DNA from: a virus
Direction: 5' to 3' (one strand)
Length of the DNA: 64,000 nt
IMG/VR virus record: IMGVR_UViG_3300030098_002071
Location: 13,759 to 77,758 of that record
The first letter of the stretch is position 1. Each line of letters opens with the position of its first letter. A program made the translations under genes and the position numbers. Below the pieces are notes generated by a model. It was not told the origin of the DNA. It saw only the letters and a list, made by a program, of their open reading frames with translations, and searched no databases. Below, one piece after another: positions 46,403-56,167 of the stretch.

Positions 46403-47209
46403 TTAACGTCCCCAAGTTCCAGAACCCCAAGTGTCTTCACCCCAAGCTCTGTTTGTTTCTATCGAAACGCTGCCAACCGCACCTGTACCAGCAACTCCTG
46501 TTTCAGTGATAGATGCTTCTGGAACTTCTGTTCCAACCGCACCTGTAGCAGCAACTCCCACCTCTGTAATTGAGGTTTCAAATGTTTCTGTCCCTATTGC
46601 TCCCGCACCAGAAACTCCTGTTTCAGTTATAGATGCCTCTGGGACTTCTGTTCCTACTGCACCTGTACCAGCCAGCCCTGTTTCAGTGATAGATGCCTCT
46701 AGTGCTTCTGTTCCCACTGCACCTGTAGCAGCAACTCCTGTTTCAGTGATAGATGTTTCAAGTACTTCTGTTCCCACTGCACCTGTACCAGCCAGCCCTG
46801 TTTCAGTTATAGATGCCTCTGGTGTTTCTGTTCCTATTGCTCCAGTGCCTGCAACTCCACTTGGCTCTGTGTCCGTAGATATAAGCAGATCTGTTCTAGG
46901 GTCAAAACCAACCCCACCCACAGCATTTACTCCTACTCCTGGACGCAGTCTAGGGTCAGTAAATATATCTCCATAATTATAACCTACAAAAAAACTTACA
47001 TCATCAGGATCAGAACTCGGTCTAGGCTTAAAGAGTGATGTTGCATCAATTACATTCCTAGGAGGTCTTAGTTGAGGGTGCTTTTTATCATACTCCTCTG
47101 GCTCAACTCTTAAACCTTTCCAAGTAGTCTTCAACGATTTATACGGCACTTTAAATCCACTAATATCGCTCATAGCGACTGATTTTTTGCCTTTTGCGTA
47201 TTTAACCAC
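46403..47209 (-). CDS. Virion protein with 20-aa tandem repeats
   Basis: N-terminus paralogous to 47210-47530, then about 7 repeats of ETGxAxTGAVGTExxExSIT and a WG-rich end. Confidence 0.75.
   Translation of the reverse strand: MVKYAKGKKSVAMSDISGFKVPYKSLKTTWKGLRVEPEEYDKKHPQLRPPRNVIDATSLFKPRPSSDPDDVSFFVGYNYGDIFTDPRLRPGVGVNAVGGVGFDPRTDLLISTDTEPSGVAGTGAIGTETPEASITETGLAGTGAVGTEVLETSITETGVAATGAVGTEALEASITETGLAGTGAVGTEVPEASITETGVSGAGAIGTETFETSITEVGVAATGAVGTEVPEASITETGVAGTGAVGSVSIETNRAWGEDTWGSGTWGR
46470..46860 (-). repeat. 60-bp coding tandem repeat
   Basis: Lines 46501-46860 repeat with a 60-nt period (tttcagt.atagatg...ttctgttcc.actgcacctgta.cagc). Confidence 0.9.
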
Positions 47210-47530
47210 TTAGCTCACCGATATTGTAAAATTTCCTATTGTGCCTTTTGCAGCAATGCCGACATTTATTTTATTTCTATCTTGTGTTAAAGAATAATTG
47301 TAGCCTACAAAAAAAGCAACCTCTTCCTGATCTGCATCTGCTCTAGGTTTAAAAAGTGCAACAGCATCTATTATATTTTTCCTAGGAGTTAACTGAGGTT
47401 GTTTGTGATCGTACTCTTCTGGTTCAACTTTCAGCCCATCCCAAGTAGTTTTTAGTTTCCTATACGGAACTTCAAAACCTGTGATATCACTAATTGCTAC
47501 TGATTTTTTGCCTTTTGCTCGCCTAAGCAT
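47210..47530 (-). CDS. Virion protein, paralogue of the N-terminus of 46403-47209
   Basis: AKGKKSVA.SDI.GF.VPY..LKTTW.GL.VEPEEYD.K.PQL shared. Confidence 0.75.
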   Translation of the reverse strand: MLRRAKGKKSVAISDITGFEVPYRKLKTTWDGLKVEPEEYDHKQPQLTPRKNIIDAVALFKPRADADQEEVAFFVGYNYSLTQDRNKINVGIAAKGTIGNFTISVS

Positions 47531-47531
47531 A

Positions 47532-48212
47532 CTATGATAAATTTAACCCTGTTGGACGAATCCTCATACTAACACCATCATTGTCTGTAGAGGCTGCAAA
47601 TTCAAAAGCCCTTTCATAAACTTGGTTAAGAATATCAAATTTTTCTGGTTGATACTTCATAGCTAATTTACTTGCTAGTCCTGCACAAATACAATCCGAC
47701 CACCTATAGGGCACATCTGCATCTTGATTAGACTCTGTGATATCTTCTAATTGGTTTATTGACCAATAAACTAAACTATAAGAAGTGTCTTCAGGAACTT
47801 GCCATATGTAAATTACAGGTGTGTACTGTTTATCAATCATATACTGACTAGGCTTACCAGAAGAGCTTTTATTAGGCAGTTGATTATAGTCTGCTATGCT
47901 AATTCTTTCTACAGAAGTATCTGTTGTTGTGCTACCAACCGTTTCTCTCACCACAACATCAATTAAATCTATTGTACCAACAGGCAAAGTATAATTTTTC
48001 GTGTCTGCTGCAAGGCTAAGAGTATTATTCTGAACAGCCCAATAGTTTATACCTCTATTGGACCATTCGGAAAAAAGCATGTTTAAACTGCGTCGAGCTG
48101 ATTCAGCATGATAACCTGTGCGAGTTTGAGCATCAATACCACAACGTTCGTATGCTTCGGAAATTATTTCCTCTACATTAGGTCTAAATGCGACTGTGCC
48201 TGAAGTTGTCAT
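47532..48212 (-). CDS. Head-tail connector/tail tubular protein
   Basis: EII.EAYERCG...ARRSLN.LF.EW.NRGIN.W...Y..LPNK...G.P.QY. Confidence 0.7.
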   Translation of the reverse strand: MTTSGTVAFRPNVEEIISEAYERCGIDAQTRTGYHAESARRSLNMLFSEWSNRGINYWAVQNNTLSLAADTKNYTLPVGTIDLIDVVVRETVGSTTTDTSVERISIADYNQLPNKSSSGKPSQYMIDKQYTPVIYIWQVPEDTSYSLVYWSINQLEDITESNQDADVPYRWSDCICAGLASKLAMKYQPEKFDILNQVYERAFEFAASTDNDGVSMRIRPTGLNLS

Positions 48213-48625
48213 TAGTATTGCTTTATTGCTCGGATAACAACTTGGTAAGCATCACCTGTTGCACCTGCACCAGTAGTGGTAAATTTTATATCGCCTGTAC
48301 CATTAGTTCCATAACCAGAGCTCGTAGGCAACCCTCCTAATGTAGAAAAGTTTTGGTAACCGCTTTGCCCTTCTGTTAAATGCAACATAATAACGTCTGT
48401 GTCTGCGTCAGCCAACACCTCTACAGTCATTGCGGATATAACCCACCATATTTCTGCTATCCGAACTCCTGTGCAAGCACTACCATCTGCACTATTACTT
48501 AACCCAGATACATCTATTTTAAGCACAGCACTTTCATTACCTGTGTCAACATATTGATACTGAAAAGCGTAAACGACCTCACGAGTGCTTTCTGATATTT
48601 TAGTTGATGTTGTAATGTCTGCCAT
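48212..48625 (-). CDS. Virion structural protein
   Basis: ESAVLKIDVSGL...GDIKFTT; downstream of the capsid gene. Confidence 0.65.
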   Translation of the reverse strand: MADITTSTKISESTREVVYAFQYQYVDTGNESAVLKIDVSGLSNSADGSACTGVRIAEIWWVISAMTVEVLADADTDVIMLHLTEGQSGYQNFSTLGGLPTSSGYGTNGTGDIKFTTTGAGATGDAYQVVIRAIKQY

Positions 48626-48640
48626 AATCTATCCTCCTTA

Positions 48641-49123
48641 CTAAGAAGCGTCAGAAGAACTAGATAGCCCAAAGAATTTCATAACAACAGTAGTATCTGC
48701 TCCGGGATCTCCAGAGAGAACAATCTCAACCTCATCTGCTGTGGCAGTGGCTGCTGTAGTAGCTCCTCCAGACATTCCTAAAACGCCATTGCAAGGGAAA
48801 AACCCTTTAAATCCCACTGAGTTTACTGCAGCTGAAATACCGTCTACAAATCCATCCGTATCGGCATCTGTGCCTATGTCTTGTAAATTAACAGCATTAG
48901 ATGCAGCTCCAGTAACAGCTATCATTACACCCATTGGGATAAAATTAGAAGGAATACCAATAGCAGATTCTTTGCCTGTGGTATCACCGTCAGCAACGGT
49001 TACAGTTGCCACATAGGTTTCCATAGACATTGTATTAGTAACAGCTCCTGTTGTGCTGTTAGTTATGATGGCATCGAAACCATCTTTGGACCGCACTGGT
49101 CCTGTGAATGTAGTATTAGCCAT
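48641..49123 (-). CDS. Capsid-associated/decoration protein
   Basis: MANTTFTGPVRS..GF N-terminus; first gene after the major capsid gene. Confidence 0.65.
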   Translation of the reverse strand: MANTTFTGPVRSKDGFDAIITNSTTGAVTNTMSMETYVATVTVADGDTTGKESAIGIPSNFIPMGVMIAVTGAASNAVNLQDIGTDADTDGFVDGISAAVNSVGFKGFFPCNGVLGMSGGATTAATATADEVEIVLSGDPGADTTVVMKFFGLSSSSDAS

Positions 49124-49178
49124 AATTAATCTCCTGTCTTGGCTATTGTCAGCTTTACGCTGTCAGAAGTTAAAGATT

Positions 49179-49206
49179 AAGGGGAAAGGCTATTGCCTTT
49201 CCCCTT
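49179..49206 (-). terminator. Hairpin/terminator after the major capsid gene
   Basis: AAGGGGAAAGGC-AATA-GCCTTTCCCCTT perfect 12-bp stem. Confidence 0.7.
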
Positions 49207-49212
49207 ATTTTG

Positions 49213-50121
49213 TTATGCAGCTCCTTCGGAACCAAAAAGTCCACGCCAATCAGTAAACCCGAAAGAATATCTTTCACGCACTTTATAGCGTACATTCCCT
49301 GTTTCAAAGTCACCTTCCATGCCCTTTTTAAGAGGAGAACGTTGGAACATTTTTAAGCCATCAGGAACATCAGTTTTGACGAAGAATGCATCCGAGTCTG
49401 AAAGTCTACGCATAATATGGTAGCCTTGTGGTAAGTAACCACCAGACCTAATAGCATTGATGTCGTTATCAGCTGTGCCTGTTCTAAGCTGTGACTCTAG
49501 TAACCTTTCTGCCACAAAAGTGTAAGCAGTTGGGACAATTAACATTGTGCCTTGTGCAGCAACCCTAAGTCCACGATCGTCTTTCATATCAGCAATCTGA
49601 ATAAGAATAGACTCTAGTGAAGTTTCGGAAAGGTCTGCAGCAGTAGCCAATGTGTTACTTTGGTTCCCGTTACGAGTTGGATGAGATGTGCTTAAAAGAG
49701 TCACCCCATCACCACCTGTAAAGCCAGCAGTTGTTGCATTGTTAAGAATATTTGCTGCTTTAATTTCTTTAGTTGCTGCCATTGAACGTGCTAATGCTTT
49801 TGTGTAACGAGAAGCAATCGATCCATACTGGCCATCCTCTTCTGCCTCTTCTGTTATACTGAAAGCTAAAGCGATTGTTTCATGCTGATAGCGTGCAGTC
49901 CATTGCTGGCTTGCAGTATCATATGATATAGCAGCACCTTCATTCTTAACCGGAGCATTACCAAACCCCTCTAACAAAACATCTTCTTCAAATGCTCTGT
50001 TTGAGCTATTGGCTTCGAACACCGGAGCGTGCTCTGGTGGATAACTATCATACTCAAGACCGAAGAGGGTGTTCAATCCTGGCTCGAGCATTTTAGCAAA
50101 TTGAGCTCTATTCATTGCCAT
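49213..50121 (-). CDS. Major capsid protein (Mu gpT-like family)
   Basis: RAQFAKMLEPGLN.LFGLEY, LARSM..TK, GGDGV.L....HP, DFETGNVRYK.RERYSFG..DWRG. Confidence 0.9.
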   Translation of the reverse strand: MAMNRAQFAKMLEPGLNTLFGLEYDSYPPEHAPVFEANSSNRAFEEDVLLEGFGNAPVKNEGAAISYDTASQQWTARYQHETIALAFSITEEAEEDGQYGSIASRYTKALARSMAATKEIKAANILNNATTAGFTGGDGVTLLSTSHPTRNGNQSNTLATAADLSETSLESILIQIADMKDDRGLRVAAQGTMLIVPTAYTFVAERLLESQLRTGTADNDINAIRSGGYLPQGYHIMRRLSDSDAFFVKTDVPDGLKMFQRSPLKKGMEGDFETGNVRYKVRERYSFGFTDWRGLFGSEGAA

Positions 50122-50137
50122 TGTTTATACCCTCCTA

Positions 50138-50689
50138 TTAAATGCCAGCACTGTCTTTTAGAAGATGCTCGTTTATAAGCACTTCCATGACAGCGTTGGT
50201 TCCAAAAGAATTTTCAGGAGCATCATACAAAGCAATAATTTTAGCTGTTGCTGCACTATTAGCCATTGTTCCTGAAATCTCAAAACCCGATATCCCTGTT
50301 GTAGTAGAACCAGTTCCTGCCACTACATCTGCACAGTTACCAATATTAGTTTGTGCTGGACTGCCAGCTGATTGTACTTTAAATACAGTATATGGGTCGT
50401 CATAAATATAAGCAATTATGTCAGTAGCTGTTGTGCCTGATGGCCAATACTGACTGTATACATAACTACCATCGGATGCGGTGTAACTTACCCCACCAAA
50501 TACTCCAATGTTATTAACCTCTGTTGCGGTGTGAGGTGTAACTTGGCCATTCGCATCAATAATACACAAATCACCTGTAAAAATGTTTTCTGCTAAACCT
50601 GATGCAATGGTGTATTTATTGGCTCTTGGGGCAAATCCACTCATGGTTCGTACTGGTACGAAACCAAATGCTGCGTCTACATTTGCCAT
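50138..50689 (-). CDS. Capsid decoration/minor head protein
   Basis: MANVDAAFGFVPV...IFTGD...GVF.G..Y...DDP; immediately upstream of the capsid gene. Confidence 0.7.
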   Translation of the reverse strand: MANVDAAFGFVPVRTMSGFAPRANKYTIASGLAENIFTGDLCIIDANGQVTPHTATEVNNIGVFGGVSYTASDGSYVYSQYWPSGTTATDIIAYIYDDPYTVFKVQSAGSPAQTNIGNCADVVAGTGSTTTGISGFEISGTMANSAATAKIIALYDAPENSFGTNAVMEVLINEHLLKDSAGI

Positions 50690-50714
50690 TACTTTTTTCT
50701 CCTAAAGCAATAAA

Positions 50715-51194
50715 TTAATCATTCATGATCGATACATCTTGACCACGACTCGTTGTTGTTTGCCTATCTTGCGATATTGGCAACCCCGAGCGTCTTCCCA
50801 ATTTTTCCAGATCGTTGGCGACGGACTCATTTTGCTCTGCGTTTTTACCGGAGTAATAGTCTTTCATTGCTCTGTGTTTTTCCACAGGCATTTCGCACAG
50901 CAACATTCCTTCAACACCAATACAACCTGCCCATTGACCGTGATTAATAGTTGGGTATCTCTTATCACTCACTGTGTCCGAGGGACGTGGGTTCCAGCCT
51001 GCACGCATACGTTTATACACGTTGTCTGGAGTTTCTTTACCTTGAATCGAGGTAGCAATCCACCTTTGGACCATTCCTTGTCGAGGTTCAGGAGCATCCA
51101 ATAAAGAGGGTGGTTTCCATGCAGTTTCCTGCCGAGCCTCTTCTACTCGTATGTCTTTTCTAGTTTCGTTCGCTCTTACATTTCGTCTAGCCAT
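50715..51194 (-). CDS. Conserved head-module protein
   Basis: WKPPSLLDAP...RWI...N...R.GW...G.LLCEMP. Confidence 0.7.
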   Translation of the reverse strand: MARRNVRANETRKDIRVEEARQETAWKPPSLLDAPEPRQGMVQRWIATSIQGKETPDNVYKRMRAGWNPRPSDTVSDKRYPTINHGQWAGCIGVEGMLLCEMPVEKHRAMKDYYSGKNAEQNESVANDLEKLGRRSGLPISQDRQTTTSRGQDVSIMND

Positions 51195-52081
51195 TAGTTG
51201 TTCCTCCTTGATTGATTTCTAACTTCTGCTTCATATTTTTTTAAAGCATCCTGATCTGTTATACCAAGCTCTCTGGCCATCCTAAGTTGATCCTGCGTTA
51301 AACGAACTCTGTTACCTTTATAAACACCAGCTGAGCCACCAGCAGTGGGTGCAACAGGCGGTCTACTTTTTGCTCGCTTTGGTGTTTCTTTAGGATATAT
51401 TAACTCTGGATATATTTTTCGTAAACGATTATTTAATTCTTCGTAATATTCGGAGGAATTTTTATCCAAACCTTCCAGGTCTAATTGAACGTCTATGGCT
51501 CTTGCAGCAGCAGTTTCTTTCTCAAAACCTGCAGAGTTGAACCATTCATTTTCTCGCCACCAGCTCATTGCTTTCTGTGGAGGTGCTGGTTCGTTAGATC
51601 TTGGTTGAGCAGGAGGTTGCTGTTGTTGTGTAATTTGTGATTTCTGCAACTCGTTAACTCTAATCGCAGCTCTCATGTCAGCCAACTGCTCTGAAAAATT
51701 AACTTGAGCTTCTGTGTCACCCTCCTCTACAGCCTTAGTTAGTGCTGATCTGGTTTCTTGGTAGCGTTTTTGAAAGTTGTTTTCGGCTTGGTGCTGAGTG
51801 CCTTTTTCTAAACGATCTAGTCTAGCCTGCAACTGAGAGTATTGTTGCTGGAGTTCAGCAGTCTGTTGCTCAGCAGCTTTACGCTCTGATATTAATTTTT
51901 TAATTCTTTTTTGTACCTTTGCTCCATATTGCTCTTCAGTCGTTTCTTGCTCCACTTTTTGTTCAGGCTTTTGCTCTTCAGCATCGGTAATTTCAATCTG
52001 AAAATCCTCTTCTGAATTTTTTTGTTCTGCAACCTTACTGTCTATTTCCTGTTCTATTTCTTTTATCTGATCTTCAGCCAT
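51194..52081 (-). CDS. Putative scaffolding protein
   Basis: Acidic N-terminus, coiled coil (VQKRI.KL), W...N.WF, C-terminal VRLT.DQ..MA..LGI. Confidence 0.7.
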   Translation of the reverse strand: MAEDQIKEIEQEIDSKVAEQKNSEEDFQIEITDAEEQKPEQKVEQETTEEQYGAKVQKRIKKLISERKAAEQQTAELQQQYSQLQARLDRLEKGTQHQAENNFQKRYQETRSALTKAVEEGDTEAQVNFSEQLADMRAAIRVNELQKSQITQQQQPPAQPRSNEPAPPQKAMSWWRENEWFNSAGFEKETAAARAIDVQLDLEGLDKNSSEYYEELNNRLRKIYPELIYPKETPKRAKSRPPVAPTAGGSAGVYKGNRVRLTQDQLRMARELGITDQDALKKYEAEVRNQSRRNN

Positions 52082-52090
52082 AACAATCTC

Positions 52091-52456
52091 CTAATTAATA
52101 TAAGAGGTTATTTCAGCTCCTTCGGGAAGGATAGAAGTGACCTCGTCATCGTTTAATAAAAGCATTTTCTGGCCATTAACAATAAGTTTCTGACCTGAAT
52201 ATTTGCCATAAGTAATATCATCACCAACTTTTGGAAAATTACGAGATTTCCAAACTGCACCTGTATCTCTTTCTCTATAAGCTAAATCACCCATAGCTAA
52301 AATTGTACCATGTGCTGTTAGATACTCTTCTGCTTCGATTGCTTTGGTTGGGATCACAATACCACCTTGGGTATGTTTTTTTGGTTCATTGGGCTTTACT
52401 AAAATTTTCCAGCCCATTGGTACTGGTAAATCATGTTGATGAGACATGTTATTCAT
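52091..52456 (-). CDS. groES: Co-chaperonin GroES-like
   Basis: P.GWKILVKP...T.GGIVIP...KVGD...GKYSG...LLNDDEV. Confidence 0.85.
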   Translation of the reverse strand: MNNMSHQHDLPVPMGWKILVKPNEPKKHTQGGIVIPTKAIEAEEYLTAHGTILAMGDLAYRERDTGAVWKSRNFPKVGDDITYGKYSGQKLIVNGQKMLLLNDDEVTSILPEGAEITSYIN

Positions 52457-52646
52457 CCTCTTCGTCTAGTTTTTTAATAAATTCGTCAATAATGTCACAA
52501 GCCTGTTGTAAGCCTTCTGCCACCCCGACGTTTCTCGTATAACCATTAAAATCCGTCATACGTCCTGATACCATATCATTTGCTATCGTTGTTTTCTGTT
52601 CCTGGAGCTTCTGTTTCGCCTTCCTCATCACTTCCGTTAGTGTCAT
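52449..52646 (-). CDS. Hypothetical protein upstream of GroES
   Basis: G...DF..Y...VG..EGL pattern; overlaps GroES. Confidence 0.7.
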   Translation of the reverse strand: MTLTEVMRKAKQKLQEQKTTIANDMVSGRMTDFNGYTRNVGVAEGLQQACDIIDEFIKKLDEEDE

Positions 52647-52702
52647 TGTTTACCTTTCCGGAGATGGAAACTCCTGTCACATGAACTTCAACAACGTCAT
52701 TA

Positions 52703-52786
52703 TTAGTATTTTCCACCTTTTTTCCTCATTGGCTTTTTAACCATCTTTTTCATTGGCTTCTTTTTTTTCATATTTCCATATTTCAT
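52703..52786 (-). CDS. 27-aa Lys/Met-rich micro-protein
   Basis: Hand-translated MKYGNMKKKKPMKKMVKKPMRKKGGKY with AAGGAAG RBS. Confidence 0.5.
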   Translation of the reverse strand: MKYGNMKKKKPMKKMVKKPMRKKGGKY

Positions 52787-52853
52787 TTTACTTCCTTTCG
52801 ATATTAATGATGAAAATTGACTACGGTTCATATTATATATTACTTTCTATAAA

Positions 52854-53606
52854 TTATTCGTCTTTTGTTAATCCAACACCTAAACCACCAACGCCAAAAA
52901 TTTTCATCAGCTGGCCTAAAACACCAACAGGTGGTTCTTCAGATATTTTATCCATGGCTTGATTGTACTCGTTCAGATCCATAGCATCCTCAAAGTCCAA
53001 AGCCTGCATCCTTTCACCGTAAACAGGAGTATCAACAGGCAGGTCTTTTAACTTTTCTTGTAATTGGTAAAATTTATCTCTCGCTGATCGGTCTTCAAAA
53101 TCAATAAATCTCTGATCAGGATTCATTTTAAAAACACCATAAGGATAACCCAACTCACTCATGGCTCGAGTGCGATGGCGACCTTGATGCCCTTTAATGT
53201 AAACTGCTGGTGCTTCAGGAGTTACACTGTAACGCAAAAAAGGCATATAGTCTAGTAAATATTTTTGCCTTTCCTGACCGATCATACTCAACGCATTGTC
53301 CATTTTTGCCTGATCAGACTCTGGTAAAGGCATTGCGAGTTTTCTAAAATCTGACGGAGCGATGGTAACAACTTGTGATGGTACAACTGTGCCTTCTGGA
53401 GTGACTGTTGGAGTAAAAGCATCGTAAAGCTGTTGGGGTTCGTAAACATCTACCAGCTCCGGATTCTCATCTATAAAACGCTGTAAACGAGGATCTATGT
53501 ACTTTTCAGCCAACTTTTTATCAGCTTTATTCTTTATAGACTCTAAGAAATTACCCAGCTCTGGTCGGGTTGCAAGCAACTTCATTGCTCTGGTAACTCT
53601 TGCCAT
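52854..53606 (-). CDS. ParB/Srx-like domain protein
   Basis: I.PSDFRKLA...PFL...IKGHQGRHRTRAM..LG resembles the ParB-N GxxR motif. Confidence 0.5.
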   Translation of the reverse strand: MARVTRAMKLLATRPELGNFLESIKNKADKKLAEKYIDPRLQRFIDENPELVDVYEPQQLYDAFTPTVTPEGTVVPSQVVTIAPSDFRKLAMPLPESDQAKMDNALSMIGQERQKYLLDYMPFLRYSVTPEAPAVYIKGHQGRHRTRAMSELGYPYGVFKMNPDQRFIDFEDRSARDKFYQLQEKLKDLPVDTPVYGERMQALDFEDAMDLNEYNQAMDKISEEPPVGVLGQLMKIFGVGGLGVGLTKDE

Positions 53607-55975
53607 TATTGAGCTGGCTCCTCTTGATCTAGTGTCGATAAAGCTCCAGCACCTGCTGCGGTTCCCACAGCAATATTAAATAAGGGTTGTCCTTGCTTAA
53701 CAGCTTTTTTCATCTCTGGAGTAATTCTAATCAGAGTTACCGGAAGGTTTGATTCATCCATTCCTGGCTCGTCTCCAAAATCAGCTCTCCCAATCTCCCC
53801 ATCCGTTAATTCACTATTATATTTTTTAGCATACTTTTGTAAAACACTAGGGATTTTACGATCATAAACCGTTTGATACATTTTTCTGTAAGCTCCTTGG
53901 GGAGCTTCTTTTGTTGCTGGACCTGGACTCCATTTTGTAACTAAAGTTTCTGATTTAGGAACCATGACATAAGTATAGCCTTCATCGACTGCTTGTCTCA
54001 TAAGTTTCTTCAACGCCAACTCGTGCCAAGTATCTTGCCAAGGATTGGGAACATCGGAGTTCGGTTTTGTGTGCACACTTCCTATTTGAGTTAGTTTTGC
54101 TGCAGCAGAAGATAATTTCTCAGCTAAACTATTCTTGTTGGTGTAATCAGCCGAGCCAACGAGCGTGGGAAAGGTTCTGTGATCGTAGGAGTCAGGAGTT
54201 AGTTTGCTGTCGCCATAAATAATAGACTTCAATCTTGGATTTTTTAAAACCTCATCAATCTGATCTCCAGACAAAACAATTTCATTCAGACTTCGTATCA
54301 TATGCGTAATTGCATCTGATACGTCATCGGCAAACATAGCAGTATAATATGGTGCAGAAGGATTTGATTCCGCCATACTCGCATTTTTAATTTTTTTCGC
54401 AGCATATAAAATTCCTTTTCGATAATTTGAGTGGTGGCGAGCATCTACGCCTAACATTTCAAATGCCTCTGCCAAATATTCAAGGTCATCTAACAACGGG
54501 AACACATCTCCTTCCATAATTTTTGTTCTTTGCTGTCGTCTGCTGTTTGCCATTGCATGATCCGATTGCAGCTCATCACCGTATAAAATTGTAGCGTTTG
54601 GCGAAATACTGTCGTCTGCTGTTTTAACAGGAGCATTCCAGTCAGAAGCCATCACACTCGCCACCACAGTATCCTTTGGTTTGTTAAAATGACCTTTTTT
54701 AAATTCTCCAACTTCAGGAGAAGTTATTAAAAATTCTCTTCTATTTTGCTGTGGTGGCATCATATATTCTTCTTCATCAATCTCTACCAGATCAGACAAA
54801 GCATGCTCATCCATCCACTTTAATCCTGTTGATGCGGCACCATCCGTGTACCCTTTTCTGTCTAAAAACATTCTTGCTTGGACTCCAGCTTCTGCTAAAG
54901 TGCTTGCAGTGAAATCTGTCAATTGCTCCCCATCCGTCGTTTTTATATAATACTTTCGGTCCATGGGGTTGGAGGGGTCACGCTCTCGGACCATAGTAAG
55001 GACGTGCTCACCATGAATCATTATCGCAGTTTCTCCTGGCTTTCCACGGTCAAGATCAAATTCAAGCTGGTTTCGGTCTTCGATTTCGTCGATATCTCTG
55101 TTTTCAACAACATTAACCGTAAATCTCTTATCATTAAGATGCTGTGCAAATTTTTCTTTAGTAAATTCAGAATCTAAATTTAGATCCATTGCTTTTATTT
55201 CATTATTGAAGGACTTTACAGGATAACCTTGTTTTACAGCCTGCGACCTCATCTCATTAACAAAATCTTGCCCAGTCCCCTTACCACGTTTAATTAACGG
55301 GATTGTTTCCTGTACAACGCTGTAAAATCCTTCTTGGTCTTGGTAAGGCAAATTAGTTAAAGCACCTTTGGGACCACCAGGAACTATGTTAAGTTGATTC
55401 AATCGTGATAATTGTGACAGTGGACCTTTTAATTCTGTTGGTTTGAGTTTTTCTGATAAATTTTTTGCAAACTCTTTTACAGCAGGGTTTTTCAGAGCTG
55501 TAACCATTGGCTTACCCAGCACAGTTGCTTCGACAGCCGACAACCCTAAATCAGCCATTGGTAAAATAGGTGAATAAATCGGATCCACTTTAGGATCTAT
55601 TTCTTTTAAATCTCGGTATGCTTGTTGACCAGCAAACAATAAACCAGCCGGAGTAAAGTCCAAAGCTCCAATACCACCTTGTGTTAAAGGTGCATTAATA
55701 TCGCCAACAATATACCTAGCAGCACTTTGTGCTTTGTCACGTGGTACTCCTGCTTTGCTTATTACATTACGAACAAAATCACGAGTCGTGTCTTGAACAG
55801 AAGCTGGTGGCAACTGGGTTAGCTCTGCTGGACGTTCTGGTTCTGGTTCTGGTAAAGGTTGTAAATCTATAGAGGTTGGTCGAGGCTTATATCCAGGAGC
55901 TACAACCTTGGCCACAGGGTCAACAAACTCTTGGTAAACTTTATAAAAAGATTCTGGTAAAATCTTAGCCATCAA
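53606..55975 (-). CDS. 789-aa polyvalent-type virion protein
   Basis: GFYS...KGTG domain; GHF...DELQSD...W.ELALK..MRQAVDEGY...YD.KIP...ITPEMK...GQPLF, recalled from large phage virion proteins. Confidence 0.55.
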   Translation of the reverse strand: MMAKILPESFYKVYQEFVDPVAKVVAPGYKPRPTSIDLQPLPEPEPERPAELTQLPPASVQDTTRDFVRNVISKAGVPRDKAQSAARYIVGDINAPLTQGGIGALDFTPAGLLFAGQQAYRDLKEIDPKVDPIYSPILPMADLGLSAVEATVLGKPMVTALKNPAVKEFAKNLSEKLKPTELKGPLSQLSRLNQLNIVPGGPKGALTNLPYQDQEGFYSVVQETIPLIKRGKGTGQDFVNEMRSQAVKQGYPVKSFNNEIKAMDLNLDSEFTKEKFAQHLNDKRFTVNVVENRDIDEIEDRNQLEFDLDRGKPGETAIMIHGEHVLTMVRERDPSNPMDRKYYIKTTDGEQLTDFTASTLAEAGVQARMFLDRKGYTDGAASTGLKWMDEHALSDLVEIDEEEYMMPPQQNRREFLITSPEVGEFKKGHFNKPKDTVVASVMASDWNAPVKTADDSISPNATILYGDELQSDHAMANSRRQQRTKIMEGDVFPLLDDLEYLAEAFEMLGVDARHHSNYRKGILYAAKKIKNASMAESNPSAPYYTAMFADDVSDAITHMIRSLNEIVLSGDQIDEVLKNPRLKSIIYGDSKLTPDSYDHRTFPTLVGSADYTNKNSLAEKLSSAAAKLTQIGSVHTKPNSDVPNPWQDTWHELALKKLMRQAVDEGYTYVMVPKSETLVTKWSPGPATKEAPQGAYRKMYQTVYDRKIPSVLQKYAKKYNSELTDGEIGRADFGDEPGMDESNLPVTLIRITPEMKKAVKQGQPLFNIAVGTAAGAGALSTLDQEEPAQ

Positions 55976-56167
55976 TCACACTTGACCTGCGGAAAGGGTG
56001 GCAGCAAGGATTTGCAATACTTCTTGAAAGCCTTTATCGAGTTTTTTGGCCAATTGAGCAAACTTTTTAGGACTAATCTCGTTGGACTTTATTCCTCGCT
56101 TTTCTAAAAAACTTTTTGCTGCTCGTATTTCTGCCTGTGCTACTTTTTTAATTTTCGCTTTCGCCAT
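55976..56167 (-). CDS. Small basic protein
   Basis: 63-aa Lys-rich ORF with AGGAG RBS. Confidence 0.65.
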   Translation of the reverse strand: MAKAKIKKVAQAEIRAAKSFLEKRGIKSNEISPKKFAQLAKKLDKGFQEVLQILAATLSAGQV

